A DNA stretch of 64,000 nucleotides. Origin: Azolla caroliniana. Lineage: Eukaryota > Plantae > Polypodiophyta. Below the pieces are notes generated by a model, which was given only the letters and a program-made list of their open reading frames with translations, was not told where the DNA came from and ran no database searches. Of this stretch, positions 47,501-59,800 are shown one piece after another. A program made the position numbers and the translations under genes. The first letter of the stretch is position 1; the number at the start of each line of letters is the position of its first letter. Where the stretch lies: the NCBI GenBank assembly GCA_043228905.1, contig JBHGNT010000004.1, forward strand, positions 25,792,001 through 25,856,000. The letters are read 5' to 3'.

Positions 47501-49894
47501 GAGTATCTGATACTCATGTTATGCCATTGAAATCTAGAAGATTTGTTTTTTCAAGTTTACTATTACAGAGATGTGGGAATCCAATTATAATTTTGCAATA
47601 CCCAAGTGATACAAAAACGTTGAGATCAACTGGTTTTGATTGTAGTATGAGGCAACAGGAACAGTGGCTGATTCATTGATCGTGAATACTGCCCTGATGT
47701 TGGTCTACATTACGAAGTTTTTCTGGTGGGAAGCAGGTTATTGGAACACGATGGATATTGCACATGATCGAGGTATATAATGCTGACTTTGAAATGATCT
47801 TCCACAAAGCAATGGACACTATCCTATTTACACTAAACTCATTCTTTGACACCTAAATTAACTTGTATTCCTTAGTAGAAATGATCATGAAATTGAAGCA
47901 CATGAAAACAGATCATCAAAGACAATAACTGTACTAAGAAGATAAGATTTTTTACCCTTGGGATTGCAAACCATGCTTGAAACATTTTTCCATACACTTA
48001 TGCTGGTATTCAATCTTGAGAATCCATAAGTAACAAGACGTCTTTGCCTCGGTTCTTGACAAATTTTTATTATTTGTTGCAGCTGGATTTTATATCTGCT
48101 GGGGTTGTCTAGTGTGGGTTCCATCTGTTTACACATCACCAGGGATGTACCTCGTGAACCATCCTGTCAATCTGGGTCCTCAGGTATTGACCGTCTGATA
48201 TTAAGTTCATGGAATATGTACCTTCGTTACATGTTGTTCAATTGTATTCTCATTTCTCTGCCAATATATATGTTTGCAAAGACATTTTTGCTGTTAAAAT
48301 TTTGTATTAACTATGTGTGTGGTTTTCAGATGGCACTCGGTATATTATTGGCAGGGCTGCTTTGTATTTACATTAACTATGATTGTGATAGACAAAGGCA
48401 ACACTTCCGCGAGAAGAATGGAAAATGTATAATTTGGGGGAAGCCAGCTTCTAAGGTTTGTGAGGACAAATTGCTTCCCCATCTCTCTTTTCTGCTTCAT
48501 GGAAGTCTAGGAATCCATATTAGTATTCTCTTATCCTTTCTCCAAAGCTTCAGGTATATACTGAGAAGTTATACTTATCATATATGTATAAATTTTTTGG
48601 AAGCATACTGTGCCCAGCAGTAAGGTTTCATTTAGGGAGAAGCTTGTGAAAAACTCAGCATCATGTTTGTGAGGACAAATTGCTTCCCTATCTCTCATTT
48701 CTGCTTCACGTAAGTCAAGGAATCCATATTAGTATTCTCTTATCCTTTCTCCAAAGCTTCATGTATATACTGAGAAGTTATACTTATCATATATGTATAA
48801 ATTTTTTGGAAGCATACTATGCCCAGCAGTAAGGTTTCTTTTAGGGAGAAGCTGGCGAAAAACTCAGCATCATTTGCAGCATCTAAGAAGATATACGATT
48901 TAATATGCCATTGCAATAGTAAATTGAGAGCCTTTGCTGTTTTTACTGTGCATACATACCATGATGATTAAGTTCATTTTGATGCATCTCAAATGCCAAG
49001 TGTTCTATATATGCAATGTTCATGCATATGCTATGGTGGATGATGTTAATATGCTGGTATGTACTGCATCCTTAATTGATAGACTTCATATATTCTCACA
49101 TGTTACATTGCTATGATGAATGAATGAACATGGACTTTAGTGATATATGGTATCATTAAATTTTAATACTCATGTGGTTTTGCATATAAAAGGTTCAAAA
49201 TTTCTTAAAGGTTTGATTCTGATATAAGTTATTTGTTAGGGTTGGTTAATATCATTATACTAAAGCATTTAGTTAGAACGAAACCTGGGGATGGTTTGGA
49301 TAGGCATATTCTATAGTCAGATCGCTAACACAATATGGAAAGAACTGCAGATTGAAGCAACTTATATTACAGAGACCGGAGAAACTAAATCAAGCTTGCT
49401 TTTATGTTCTGGCTGGTATATATCGCAACTTTGATGTATAATCAGAGTCTTTGCCATGTATTTTGCTAATTGAAAGTTTCTTTGCAGGTGGGGTATGTCC
49501 CGACATTTTCATTATGTGTGGGAGATACTAGCAGCTTTTTTCTGGAGTGTACCTGCATTGTTCTCTCATGTACAAATCTAACCAGATATTTGCAGACTTC
49601 GAGCTATATTTCTTGAGTTAGTTACATAAAAGCTGCTAACTTCTTTTCGTATTTAACAGTTCTTGCCTTACTTCTACGTTGTCTTTCTGACTATCCTCCT
49701 CTTCGATCGTTCAAAGAGAGATGACTATCGTTGTAAAACAAAGTAATGTTTCTTCTCTATGTTGGGAGTCCCTAGGTGCTTGTACTTTTTGCTCCTTTAA
49801 CCCCACTAATTTTATAATATTCTGCAGGTATGGAAAATATTGGCTTATGTACTGTAAGAAAGTTCCATACAAAATCATTCCATGGGTATATTAG
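41576..49894 (+). CDS. DWF5: 7-dehydrocholesterol reductase / sterol delta-7 reductase
   Basis: Thirteen exons: 41576-41736, 43765-43990, 44074-44129, 44233-44335, 44438-44503, 44679-44792, 47646-47772, 48083-48183, 48330-48455, 49351-49415, 49488-49569, 49660-49742, 49828-49894. Motifs VHSPLLAYGSML, GPISPMGNRPVYK, DFYWGMELYPRIG, FTNCRFGMM, WNTMDIAHDRAGFYICWGCLVW, NYDCDRQRQ, SGWWGMSRHFHY, KYGKYW. Probable 5'UTR intron at about 41446-41535. Confidence 0.96.
42348..42372 (-). pseudogene. 5' half of a tRNA (Cys-like), relic in DWF5 intron 1
   Basis: Minus strand AGGGCTCTAGCTCAGTGGTAGAGCA gives the acceptor 5' strand plus an intact D-arm/A-box. The anticodon arm is degenerate and there is no T-arm/B-box. 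Confidence 0.6.
45400..46350 (-). mobile_element. L1-type LINE ORF2 C-terminal (zf-RVT-like) relic in DWF5 intron 6
   Basis: 45999-46322(-) reads EDTQYTFITCLVAKAIW...LSPFKWVF...GMWFNWTMRNGF, matching the CxxAxxIW and WxxWxxRNxxxF motifs. Confidence 0.72.
46425..46655. mobile_element. Member of a dispersed intronic repeat family (SINE or LINE-3'-end-like)
   Basis: Homologous to 52380-52635 and 61013-61097 (same orientation) and to 25880-25915 (opposite orientation). Confidence 0.7.
48456..48873. repeat. 209-bp tandem duplication starting at the donor of DWF5 intron 9
   Basis: GTTTGTGAGGACAAATTGCTTCCC...AAACTCAGCATCAT starts at 48456 and at 48665. Confidence 0.92.
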
Positions 49895-50299
49895 CAAACT
49901 CGTTGGTTTATCTCTAAACTTTCAATAACCAACGACAATGATTGAACTAGTCTGATGATACATTTATAACTTGCGTTCCTATGAAGGCTGGGTTTATTTG
50001 CAAGGTGCTTCATAACTTCATGTATGAGAGAACTTCTGATTTTGTTCCTTTTTAATATTGAAATTTCTTGTTTTGGTACAAATTTATTGAAATTAAAATG
50101 TGTAAAATGATGAATACTGAAACATAGATTACGAAAGTATGAATTTTCTTAGTCTGAATTTACCTTGTTCATTCCCCTTAAATTTCATGTTGACATTGTG
50201 AAACAGAATATCCAAATGTTATCATTATCAGTGATCAGCAAGTTATTTGTTTTAAGAGATCATATGCTTTCATTGGGAGTACTTAATAAATTAAGGATG

Positions 50300-50935
50300 A
50301 TCGTTGCCTCTGGATCTATGCTGCTCCTCTATTGTTCTGCTTTGTCGTCATCCTGCAAGTGATCCCATCTCCCTCGTGGACTCCTTGCACCTTCAGTCAT
50401 TAGTAAGGACGTTGTGTTGCTTCCGTCTGCCTCCTGCATCTCTGCGTATTATATTCTTCCTTTGATTTGATGGCTTCCACCATCAGCCCCTTGTCGACTT
50501 ACTTTTGACAGTTCTTTGAGCACATTGTTGGTGAGCAGAGTAAAGCTAAAAAAAATTCGTGAGGAAATGCCAAAAAAATTGGGAAGACGCAATTTTATCT
50601 CTTTGGGAAAGGGTTAGACCAGATTGTGTAAATATAAAATATTCAGGAAGAAATAGTAATGGATAATATTGCGATGTAGATGCATAGTTTGGAGGTTGTC
50701 ATTGGATGATGGTAGCAGTTGTTGGAAAGATGAAGAAAAGAAATAACGTTGGGGGAAATAACCCAAACGTGGAAAAGGAAATTCCAATTCAATAATGTGG
50801 TTTTGTGTTGGATACTCCAAAAAGAATATTTCCTTCAATGACAGTGGAAGACTCAACATAATTTTTTTTCGAAAAGTCATTTTCTTATATGTACACGAGG
50901 GGGGTTCTAGGAGTGTTGCGAAAGTCAAATAAAGG
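50300..50935 (+). pseudogene. Decayed duplicate of the DWF5 exon 1 3' part and the start of intron 1
   Basis: Aligns by eye to about 41680-42290, e.g. GCCTCTGGATCTATGCTG...GTCATCCTGCAAGT vs GCCTATGGATCCATGCTG...GTCATCCTGTAAGT, and TTCTTCCTTTGATT, ATCAGCCCCTT, GAAAAGGnAATTCCA, AAAGTCAAAT. Confidence 0.8.
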
Positions 50936-51602
50936 CATTTGTAAACTAAGAGCTGCAACAATACAATGGATAAGGTCGTCATGAAGACACTCATTAACAA
51001 GTTAGTAATATGTTTTGGAATTGCATTTACAATAAACATACTAGATCAAGCTAAACTTTTTTTATCAGCTTTACTTAATGTGCTTTGTTGGTCAAGTTTG
51101 TTAACATTGGACCTACAAATGTTTATCTTGGCCACTATTAATTGGATTTCTATAGAATAGAAATCTTGTTGACTTCTAAATGGGTAGGCTTTTATGTTGG
51201 GGCTCTACAGAGGTTGAATTCAAGGAATAAACAACACAAGTTTTGTTTTTGGGGGTTGCCATAAACAAGCATTGAGAGATGCCGAATCCATCTATTCCAT
51301 TACTTTTTAATGCTTGGTTGCAAATTAAAGCACGTAAACAATGAGTTCGGAAAAAGTACTAACTCTCCTTGAAAACGATCTCAAGTAGTTGAGGTCACAA
51401 GGATGGATCAGTATTGATACAATAGTTATTGTTTCTCAAAACTGACCAAGGGCTATACAATGAATTTTCGAGAAAGGTTTATCCAATCTGATCGATCAAC
51501 AACCATTTTCCAATACGCCAGAAGTACCTTCAAGTTGATGGGAGAGATCATCTGTCTGGCAAAACGTTAGCTAGATGTTACAATCATTACTTATGGAGTG
51601 CA

Positions 51603-54495
51603 TTATTGAAGCTTTTGAAGCTTCACCCAAAGATCTTCAAAGTCAGCTGGTAATGGGCACGTGAAATGCAACTCTTTGCAACTCCGGGGATGTATGAACC
51701 TACATTGTTGACAAGTTATAATTCAGTCCATTTGTGCATCACTTATTTTACCATAAATTTTCCCATTATTTTACCATAAAATTTTAGAGTAAATTAAAGT
51801 TCAAATACCCTAAGCTGGTGGCATGCAGATATGGTCTCTGCAAATCACCCATTAGTTTTCTGATATTTCCATGATTGGATAATGAAATTTTTGGTAGGAT
51901 AGAAGACAAGGCAGCTCCTTTTGTACCACCATACAGTTCATCACCAAGCAATGGATGGCCAAGATGCTGGGCATGAACTCTAATCTGAAATTTTATTGTT
52001 TCTCATCAGATCAGATACAAGAAAAAGCTTCCAAAAACAAAAATTAAGTAAAGCCTACAAAACTTCCAAAATCCCCTGAACATTCTTTGGCTTGTCAATT
52101 GTGGAAATAGACAACTTAATCAAGCCAGAATATCACCATGATATTTATATTACCTGATGAGTTCTCCCTGTTTGAAGTCTCCATTCAACCAATGCGGAGC
52201 CCCCATTCGCTAGCACTTGGATTACTTTATAGCTGCAAATTCAAAAATCCAAAAGCCTATGAAGCAATTATAATGTATCACCTTGCAAGCTTCTCAAGAA
52301 CAAAAATACTTCGTGTTGTCCATTAACATTAGAAGTGAGGAAGAAAGAGGCCAAAATCAGCTTAAGAGACAATACAAAATGACCAAAATGGCCTATAGAA
52401 CCAAACAAGAGATTACATCTTAGGTATTGTCTCGTCTTTGAGAACAGCAAATAAAAAAAACAATGTTACTAAGTAAACATAAAAGTAAATAAGATAAAAA
52501 GAGACTAAAGAATCTTATTATCAGTACATGTAAGATTCTCACAACAAATGAAAATAAAATAAATGTTACTGAGTAAACAACATAAATATATTGTAACTTT
52601 TGTCTTCAAAATATCTCTAGCATAGGTTGATCCATAATGGAGAGATCTCCAATGTGAGAAAGCAATCGTTATGGCAGGACATAGTGACAGGAGATAATGG
52701 CAAGAGTAAAATAAAATGTAAACCCCCCTTATAAACAAGGAGGAACTTAAGAACATGTAAACCACCAATAAAGCTAAAGATGAAAAGGAGCTTAATCTAT
52801 AGAAAAAATTCCATAAGTTTGCTCCTAGAATATCTCATTACGGATAAACTATAATGTGCCAATGGTTTAGAAACGCATTCTTTCAAGTCACGACAAGGTC
52901 TTACTTGCTAATTGCAACACGCGATTTCCTGTTAGTACTGTTGTTTTTTATAACAGTCATTCGTGTTCGATTGTTGACATCTCGTCCAATGGCAGCATCA
53001 ACACAACCTTCTTTATTACTCGGCACACCACATGTCAAACTCAAATAGGATCTCTTAATACTCCGGTCCTTAAACTGCTTGGAGAGATGTTCATGTGCAT
53101 GTTCATCCTGAAAACCATATAGTAAAATAGAAATTTGAATAAACCAGTCACTCGAGAATGTTGGTATTGCATTTTTCCTAAGTCAAAAATACCTTGGCAA
53201 TTACAAGCAATCCACTTGTGCCTTTGTCCAATCTATGCACAATTCCAGGCCTCACTGCAAGAGAAGGCCCTTCATTTATGCCAGCTAGTGGATCTGAGTC
53301 TTCGAATCCTTCAACTTCTTCATCATCACTAGCATCACTTTCATCCTGGACATTCGCAGTAGGCATTTCACCATCCGCCTGTTTCGATAAGTTCTTCATC
53401 ACTGGAAGATCACAATGATGTAAAAGAGCATTAACAAGTGTGCCATTCCAATTTCCTGGCGCAGGGTGCGTTACCTGAAACTTGGCAAAAATAAATAAAA
53501 TAAATCTGGAGGTTTTTGATTCATGCCCAAGCCTCATCTTTTTCTTCTTGATCAGTCAAGTACAATTTACATTTTTAAATTGAATATAGCCACTAACCAT
53601 ATCCGCTGGCTTGTTGACAACAATTACATAATCATCCTCGAATACAATGTCCAGTGGAATATTCTCAGGGTCAGCTTTCAAGGGAACCAATGCAGCAATT
53701 GCACATTTCACATGATCACCGGAGCGCACAGAATATGAAACCTATAACCATCATGTAGTGTCTCAGAAATGTAGAAATTAGAGCTTTAAAACAGAACATT
53801 TAAAATAAACGAAAACCAACATAAATATGAATGTCTTTATCACAACAAGATGAGCATAATGCATGTCTGTAGCTGATTAGAGAAAAATATCCCAGTAAAC
53901 ATAATGCATTTCTATAGCTGATTAGAGAAAAATATCCCAGTAAACATAATGCGTCTCTGTAGCTGATTAAAGAAAAATATTTCGGTAAACATAATGCATT
54001 TCTGTAGCTGATTAAAGACAAATATTCCGGTAAACATAACGCAATTCTGTAGCTGATTAAAGAAAAATAAGAGAACAAATAGAATTCCAATGGGTTCTCT
54101 TCACATAATAAAATCAACAAAATGAGCAAAAAGAAACCTAGAATGAAATGGATGTTTGAACCGCACATCAATATGAATGGCCAAATATCTACCTTATTCA
54201 CTAACTGATCATTAACATAAGCCAATCCGGATCGAATACTATTTTGAACTCGAGCTCTGCTTATGTGATCGGGAAGCTGCAAAGAAAGCCATGAATCAAG
54301 CCTCATCCTGTTTCCCTGTTCCTGTACCACGCCATCAAACCCTAGCAAAGCTGGTGGTGTTGATGATGATGATGAAGACGACGAAGACGTTAACGAAGAA
54401 GAAGAGAACCGCCACAGACGGAATCGCACACCATTGCTAGGGAATCGGAGGAAAGCAGGGTTCGTAAACCCTGTTGTGAGCGTAAGCTTATTCAT
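51603..54495 (-). CDS. RluA/RluD-family RNA pseudouridine synthase with S4 domain, probably organelle-targeted (Arabidopsis pseudouridine synthase 2-like)
   Basis: Seven exons: 54495-54193, 53741-53598, 53474-53193, 53107-52905, 52232-52154, 51984-51809, 51699-51603. Ser-rich transit-like N-terminus, S4 (RLDSWLS...SRARVQ), VNKPADMVTHPAPG, catalytic RPGIVHRLDKGTSG, LQTGRTHQIRVH, GHPLLGDELYG, RPYLHA. Confidence 0.95.
53855..54070. repeat. 45-bp minisatellite (about 4.7 copies) in intron 1 of the pseudouridine synthase gene
   Basis: Units CATAATGCATTTCTGTAGCTGATTAGAGAAAAATATCCCAGTAAA start at 53855, 53900, 53945, 53990 and 54035. Confidence 0.92.
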
Positions 54496-55312
54496 TGCCA
54501 ATAAGGTTTTAGTTCGTAATCCCGAAATTTATTTTGCAGTAGGTTTGGTGTTAGAATCATTTGTTTCTTTGTGGCTATATGATCAATAATCAATAGGTTT
54601 AGGGATCTGACCAGTTTCTACACCACCAATGTTTGCTTGTATGAGATGAGAAAGGATATCGCTCCTTTTCCTCACCACCCCTGCTTCATTCATTCGAAAA
54701 AATTGTCCAGTCTCAGATATTAATAGTGTAAGCCATTGTCAGCCATTGTCAAACATTTTCATTCAAACAATAGCTTGCTGCCAAATATCAGTCCTTCCAA
54801 CCCATTTTCAAGTCATTTTCGTAACTGACACAACTAGTTATTTTCGTTTTTTGGAAAAAAAAACTAGTCATTTTCAATTCTTGAACAATATATTGATTCT
54901 TTACAAGAGACACTAATATCTTTTCATTACATTGCTTGTGCATAAGTTCATTACAACAATAATAATGTTTTTTATCAGTCGAGAAATATAGTGTTTGCTA
55001 ACATTGCTTTGTCAGTCATTTTTGCTATTTGCATCACTATCAATAATATTACATTAGCTATTGATCATGGTGCTATTGTACAATAATCAAAACATTCATA
55101 TTCTACTTCACTGATCAGAACATTCATCAACACAGTAGTCACTGTCAGCCTCCAAATCTTTGGTTATTTTGTTATACTTCTAAAAAGCTTTGTTCACATT
55201 GTCCATGTTCAAACCCTTACGTAACCACAGCCCTGCAATCTCATGCATAAACTAAATTTCAACTGATGTAGGGGGGGGTTGCAATATAATGTTACAAAGA
55301 GTACCCATCAAA

Positions 55313-55528
55313 AGTACAATAGACTTGAGCCTAGAAGTGCTATATTTCTTAAGATGATAATACATCTGATTGATTCCAGTAGTGTTCACACTACAATCAA
55401 AACATTTGAAGATGGGTGATTTTGACTAAGCACCAACCGCATCTATAGTACAATAGATTTTAGCCCAGAAGTGCTATATTTCATAAGTCGATACTACAAT
55501 TAATTGATTACTCCAGTAGTGTTCACAC
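55313..55528. repeat. Diverged direct repeat (about 80 bp, period about 135 bp)
   Basis: AGTACAATAGA...AGAAGTGCTATATTTC...TCCAGTAGTGTTCACAC occurs twice. Confidence 0.8.
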
Positions 55529-56887
55529 CATACTGATACAATCAAGCCATCTGAACGTCTCTCAGAAGCTGCTTAAATCGATTTCTCAAACCCTAAATTG
55601 AGCAGAGTCTTACAAACGCAGAGAGAATACTATCACTCTTCTCTCCCTCCACTGCAGGAAGCTTTTACTCCTGTAATACATTACAAGAACAATAAGCCAT
55701 ATGCAGTGAACACCACATTTTTTGTTTATTTGGTACATAAAATACACCTCATGAAATTACTATAAAATATTGATGGCTGTCATTGGCCCCATGTGAAATA
55801 TATCAAGCATGTAAAGATATGCATAGGAAGCACATGAACAATATTAAGCAGGGATATTGGAAGAATAATTGTTATTGGAAATGTAGAAAAGAATTAACAA
55901 TGCCATTATTCTTTACCTTTTCGGAATCTTATTGAGGCAAGCCATCATCAATTTGCACTTTCTTACGTCCAACTCAACCTGCCATACTTGAGTGCAACCT
56001 CGTTATATTCATAAAATCACAATAATACCCTGCAACTGCATAAGTACCAATATCCATATATAGTTTTAAGGTCTTACATGCAGGATGCTGTGCCCATCAT
56101 ATAGTCGGTATACTCAGCACATATCTCCAGATCAAAGAAGCCTAATGACAACAGTAACCTCTGTCACTTTGCAATCAAGCAATAAATTTTCATGCACTAG
56201 CCCGTATATACGAAAAGAAATATGCACCTAAATTTTATGTCATGTTGTCTTCTTCAGAGAGGACACCATCTTCGTTTCCTCTTTCCAAGTCACATCCATA
56301 GATATGCACATTGATTTTCAAACCTGTGGCAGGCACTACACTTCCTGCAAGAATTACCAACTGTTTTGGATCGAGTACATAGAAAAGAACTTTTAAGCAT
56401 TTTGAAAATTTGCATGGTTTGAAGCTCATAATCACTGAAAGAACAAAACCAAACCATACCTTCTTGTCTTCATACACTTTCTCCCCCGCAACCAGGAAAT
56501 TAAGGCCACATCCAAAGGAACAGTTCTAATGCCATCATGTAGGAAACAACGGACACATACAGAGATATAGATGCATTACCAAATCGGCTTTCTCTTGCAT
56601 GACAGATAGTTTTCTTCGCCATATTCAATTGGTCTTTCTTTCCCATGATCAGAAACTAGTGCCACATTCAGAGGGGTATACATATGTACTCGCAAACTGT
56701 TGGATTTGGATCAGTATCCAAAACCGTCTCAAAATCCCTCCCACTTGAATTGACTTTGTCGGTTTCTACCATTGATTCAAATTAGTGCCACATTTGGAGG
56801 TAGACATACATACCTTCCCATCTCTAGCTCATTATCTGCAAACTGGTGTATATAGATCCCTTGCCATCATGCAGTCGAGATAAAGCA

Positions 56888-59800
56888 CTAACCCAAAGGC
56901 TCCAAAATGATGGATGCTTTTGTGAATACTGAAAGTACAAATGGAGCTTCTTCGCCTGGGTGCAAAGTACTAGGCACAATAGTATAACCTTTTGGATCAG
57001 GATCCAAAACCATCTCAAAGGCTATCTCCCTTGAATTGACATAGTCAGTTCCACCCACTGATTCATGCAAAAATATGTTGAATTTGGCACGATTTCCACG
57101 GGTTTGAAGTATCCGCATCCCAATGAAATACTTCGATGAATCACCACTTGATTGATAATTGCCAAAGCTTGATCGTCTCCGGGATGAGAAATGTGCTCCC
57201 TGATATTTGGGTAAAAGGGTCAACAAATATACGGAAGGCCAATAATACAATTTCCATTCATACTAGCATACCTGAGTAAGCGTGATAAAAACATGAATGG
57301 GGTGTCTTGAATCAGGTCCCACGGCTCTCAAGCGGAACTGTGGATTATCATGCCAGGTAGGATAATCTTGACAGCCACCAGCAGTATAACTTCGCCACTG
57401 CCCTCTAATAGAATATCTCATTTCTGGAGGATAAACACGACAAACATAGATTGAACAAAAGTGAAGTTGGAAGTCTTCCCAGGACATCCAGAATACACCA
57501 TTATGCGCCTGCAAAAGTGCGAGTATTGATATTAAATTTTGCATCAGCAATGTAAAGATAATTTTTCAAGAGGTCAGAATATACCCGGGGTGTGTATTTT
57601 AGCTTATGCTTCATTCGGTCACTCCATTCACCAGATAAGTCTGACCACGGGCCATTCCACTCAACTTCATTTGCCCAAGGATTGCGTACCTGAATGAGCT
57701 TGTGACCATCCACTTCCCTAACCTGAAGTTGATAGTAGGGAAACTAAACCTTAAAAACCCTGATATACATTCTAAATACAACAGCAACAGAAGTCATTAA
57801 GTCGTACCTGCAAAACAGAATATGCATGCCCTTGGACAATACCACTAGATGAAACTTCAGCATCAGAACCTGAAGGACTTCCAGCTCCTAGAAGAAAGCC
57901 TTGCTGTTTAAAGCTCAACAGCTGTGACCAGAGTCTCCCACTAGATAGATCAATCTGAGCTTGTGCACTCCTCATATCTATCTCTTCCCCAGCACCACCT
58001 GTTAGATCCACAAGCGCATCTTGGACAAGGCCTCCTTCCAGAGCTTCATAAGACCCATGTATTTTGGCATAGGCCTTCTCCAGAACTGAAACCCACAATT
58101 CATTAACTTTCCGGCTGGTAGCAAAAGCTGGCTTGCCCTTTGCCTCACAAGGAATCCAGTCATCCACCACAACCGGCACCCACTCACCCTAACCATGAAC
58201 AAGTATAGATCAGTTCACATACATTGTCCAACCACAAAACAAAACATAGAGACTAAGAAACGAATGAGCCAAAAATCAGACCTCTAATTGTAAGCGATTT
58301 AATTAATATGTCCAACTATATAAACAAACAACTCTGACCCAAGCGTACCTGAATGCAAAAACGAACAGTATATATTCCCTCTTCATTATACCCAGGAGTG
58401 ATAATAGCCTCTGAAATTTTTGATGCTTCGGTTAAAACAGCAACAGCACTCAAAAACCAGCAATCTCCAAGGCGACCCTGCATTAAATGGAATTGGGAAG
58501 GAATATTATTATTGGACAAAGTCATTCTCTTAAAAAAACAATCTATAGTGCACAGCAACCTTAGTATGTGATACTTAGCATAATACTTATTAGGGAATTA
58601 TTTAATACCAAAATATCAAAATTCAAGTATGATTTATCAGTTTGCCATAAACCAATCACAGTTCTCATTTTGAAACTTATCAGCAGTGATTAGAGAGAGC
58701 ACTACCAACCAACTATCTAGATAGAAGTATTAGTAATCCCCAGCTTTCTAAATGACAAAATCCACCAAAGTGGATATTCCCTTATCTTGTTGTGGATTCT
58801 ATATATGAAACACAGACATAAAACGTATCACGTTACCTGACACACATCAGAAGCATTTGGATTTCCAGCAAAAAGACAGGGCTCATGGTTATTCCCTGTT
58901 TCCCTCAAGAGATCCTTTGGCCTCATCCATTCATTGACCATCTGCAATAATTAAAAACAAGGGAAATTTTATATCGTACATACTCTCAAGTCTCCACTAA
59001 TGTCATGAACCAAATATTTTTCTATATAATTAAACCTCTAAAGTGGTGCTAAAATCCTTGCCTGAAGCTTAATAGATGGTTTGTCCGGATCAATACATAA
59101 AGATTGGTTTGTCGGAGGGAATTCCTGATCTGTAAAGTGTGTTTCACCTTTTGCAGCAAGATCTTCCTTGACAGCCATCTCAACCAACCGCATTCGATGA
59201 ATCACTTCTACATCTGTCTCCAATTTAGGACGCCTTGGAAGACGATTCATATGATCCATTTCCACCACAAATTCCCTCTCAGCACGACGCTTTCTTCCAC
59301 TAGGAAATTGTTCCTCCTCATCGTCACGCATATATAAATCCATGTCTTCAGGGTCAGTGCCTGATTCAGCCTGCATTAAGAAGGTATCAGAATTTGAAGG
59401 CACTTTCTGAAGTTTAATTTTTCAAACAAAGTAGTTTTTTCAAGAGTATGGTGTACCCTTGAAGGAGACTCATCACACAACCAATCATCCTCAAGAATTT
59501 CTTCTGCAAGATGTTCATCTACCATAGAACTGTTATGCACTATCTTTATCTCATCACCAGATAAGCATCTTCCCCAGACAAAAACATCCATTATGAACAT
59601 CCTCGGTTCTCCTCCTTCACTATCAGATCTACCAAATGCATCTAGATCCATTGGAGGTTTTGCTCCAACCCAAACTTCAGTCCCCTCCTGCCAAATACCC
59701 AGCTCTGTTGGAATAGATAAACTTGTTTGTAGTTCATCCAACCTTCCATCCAAGTATGTAAGTGACTCCCCAGCTTCAGCATCTATTGTCACTGTCACTG

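Noticed and set aside
49488-49569. DWF5 HYVWE instead of Arabidopsis HYVPE as a sign of altered function
   Set aside because: It is a single substitution at a position that varies among delta-7 reductases, and cannot be interpreted without an alignment.
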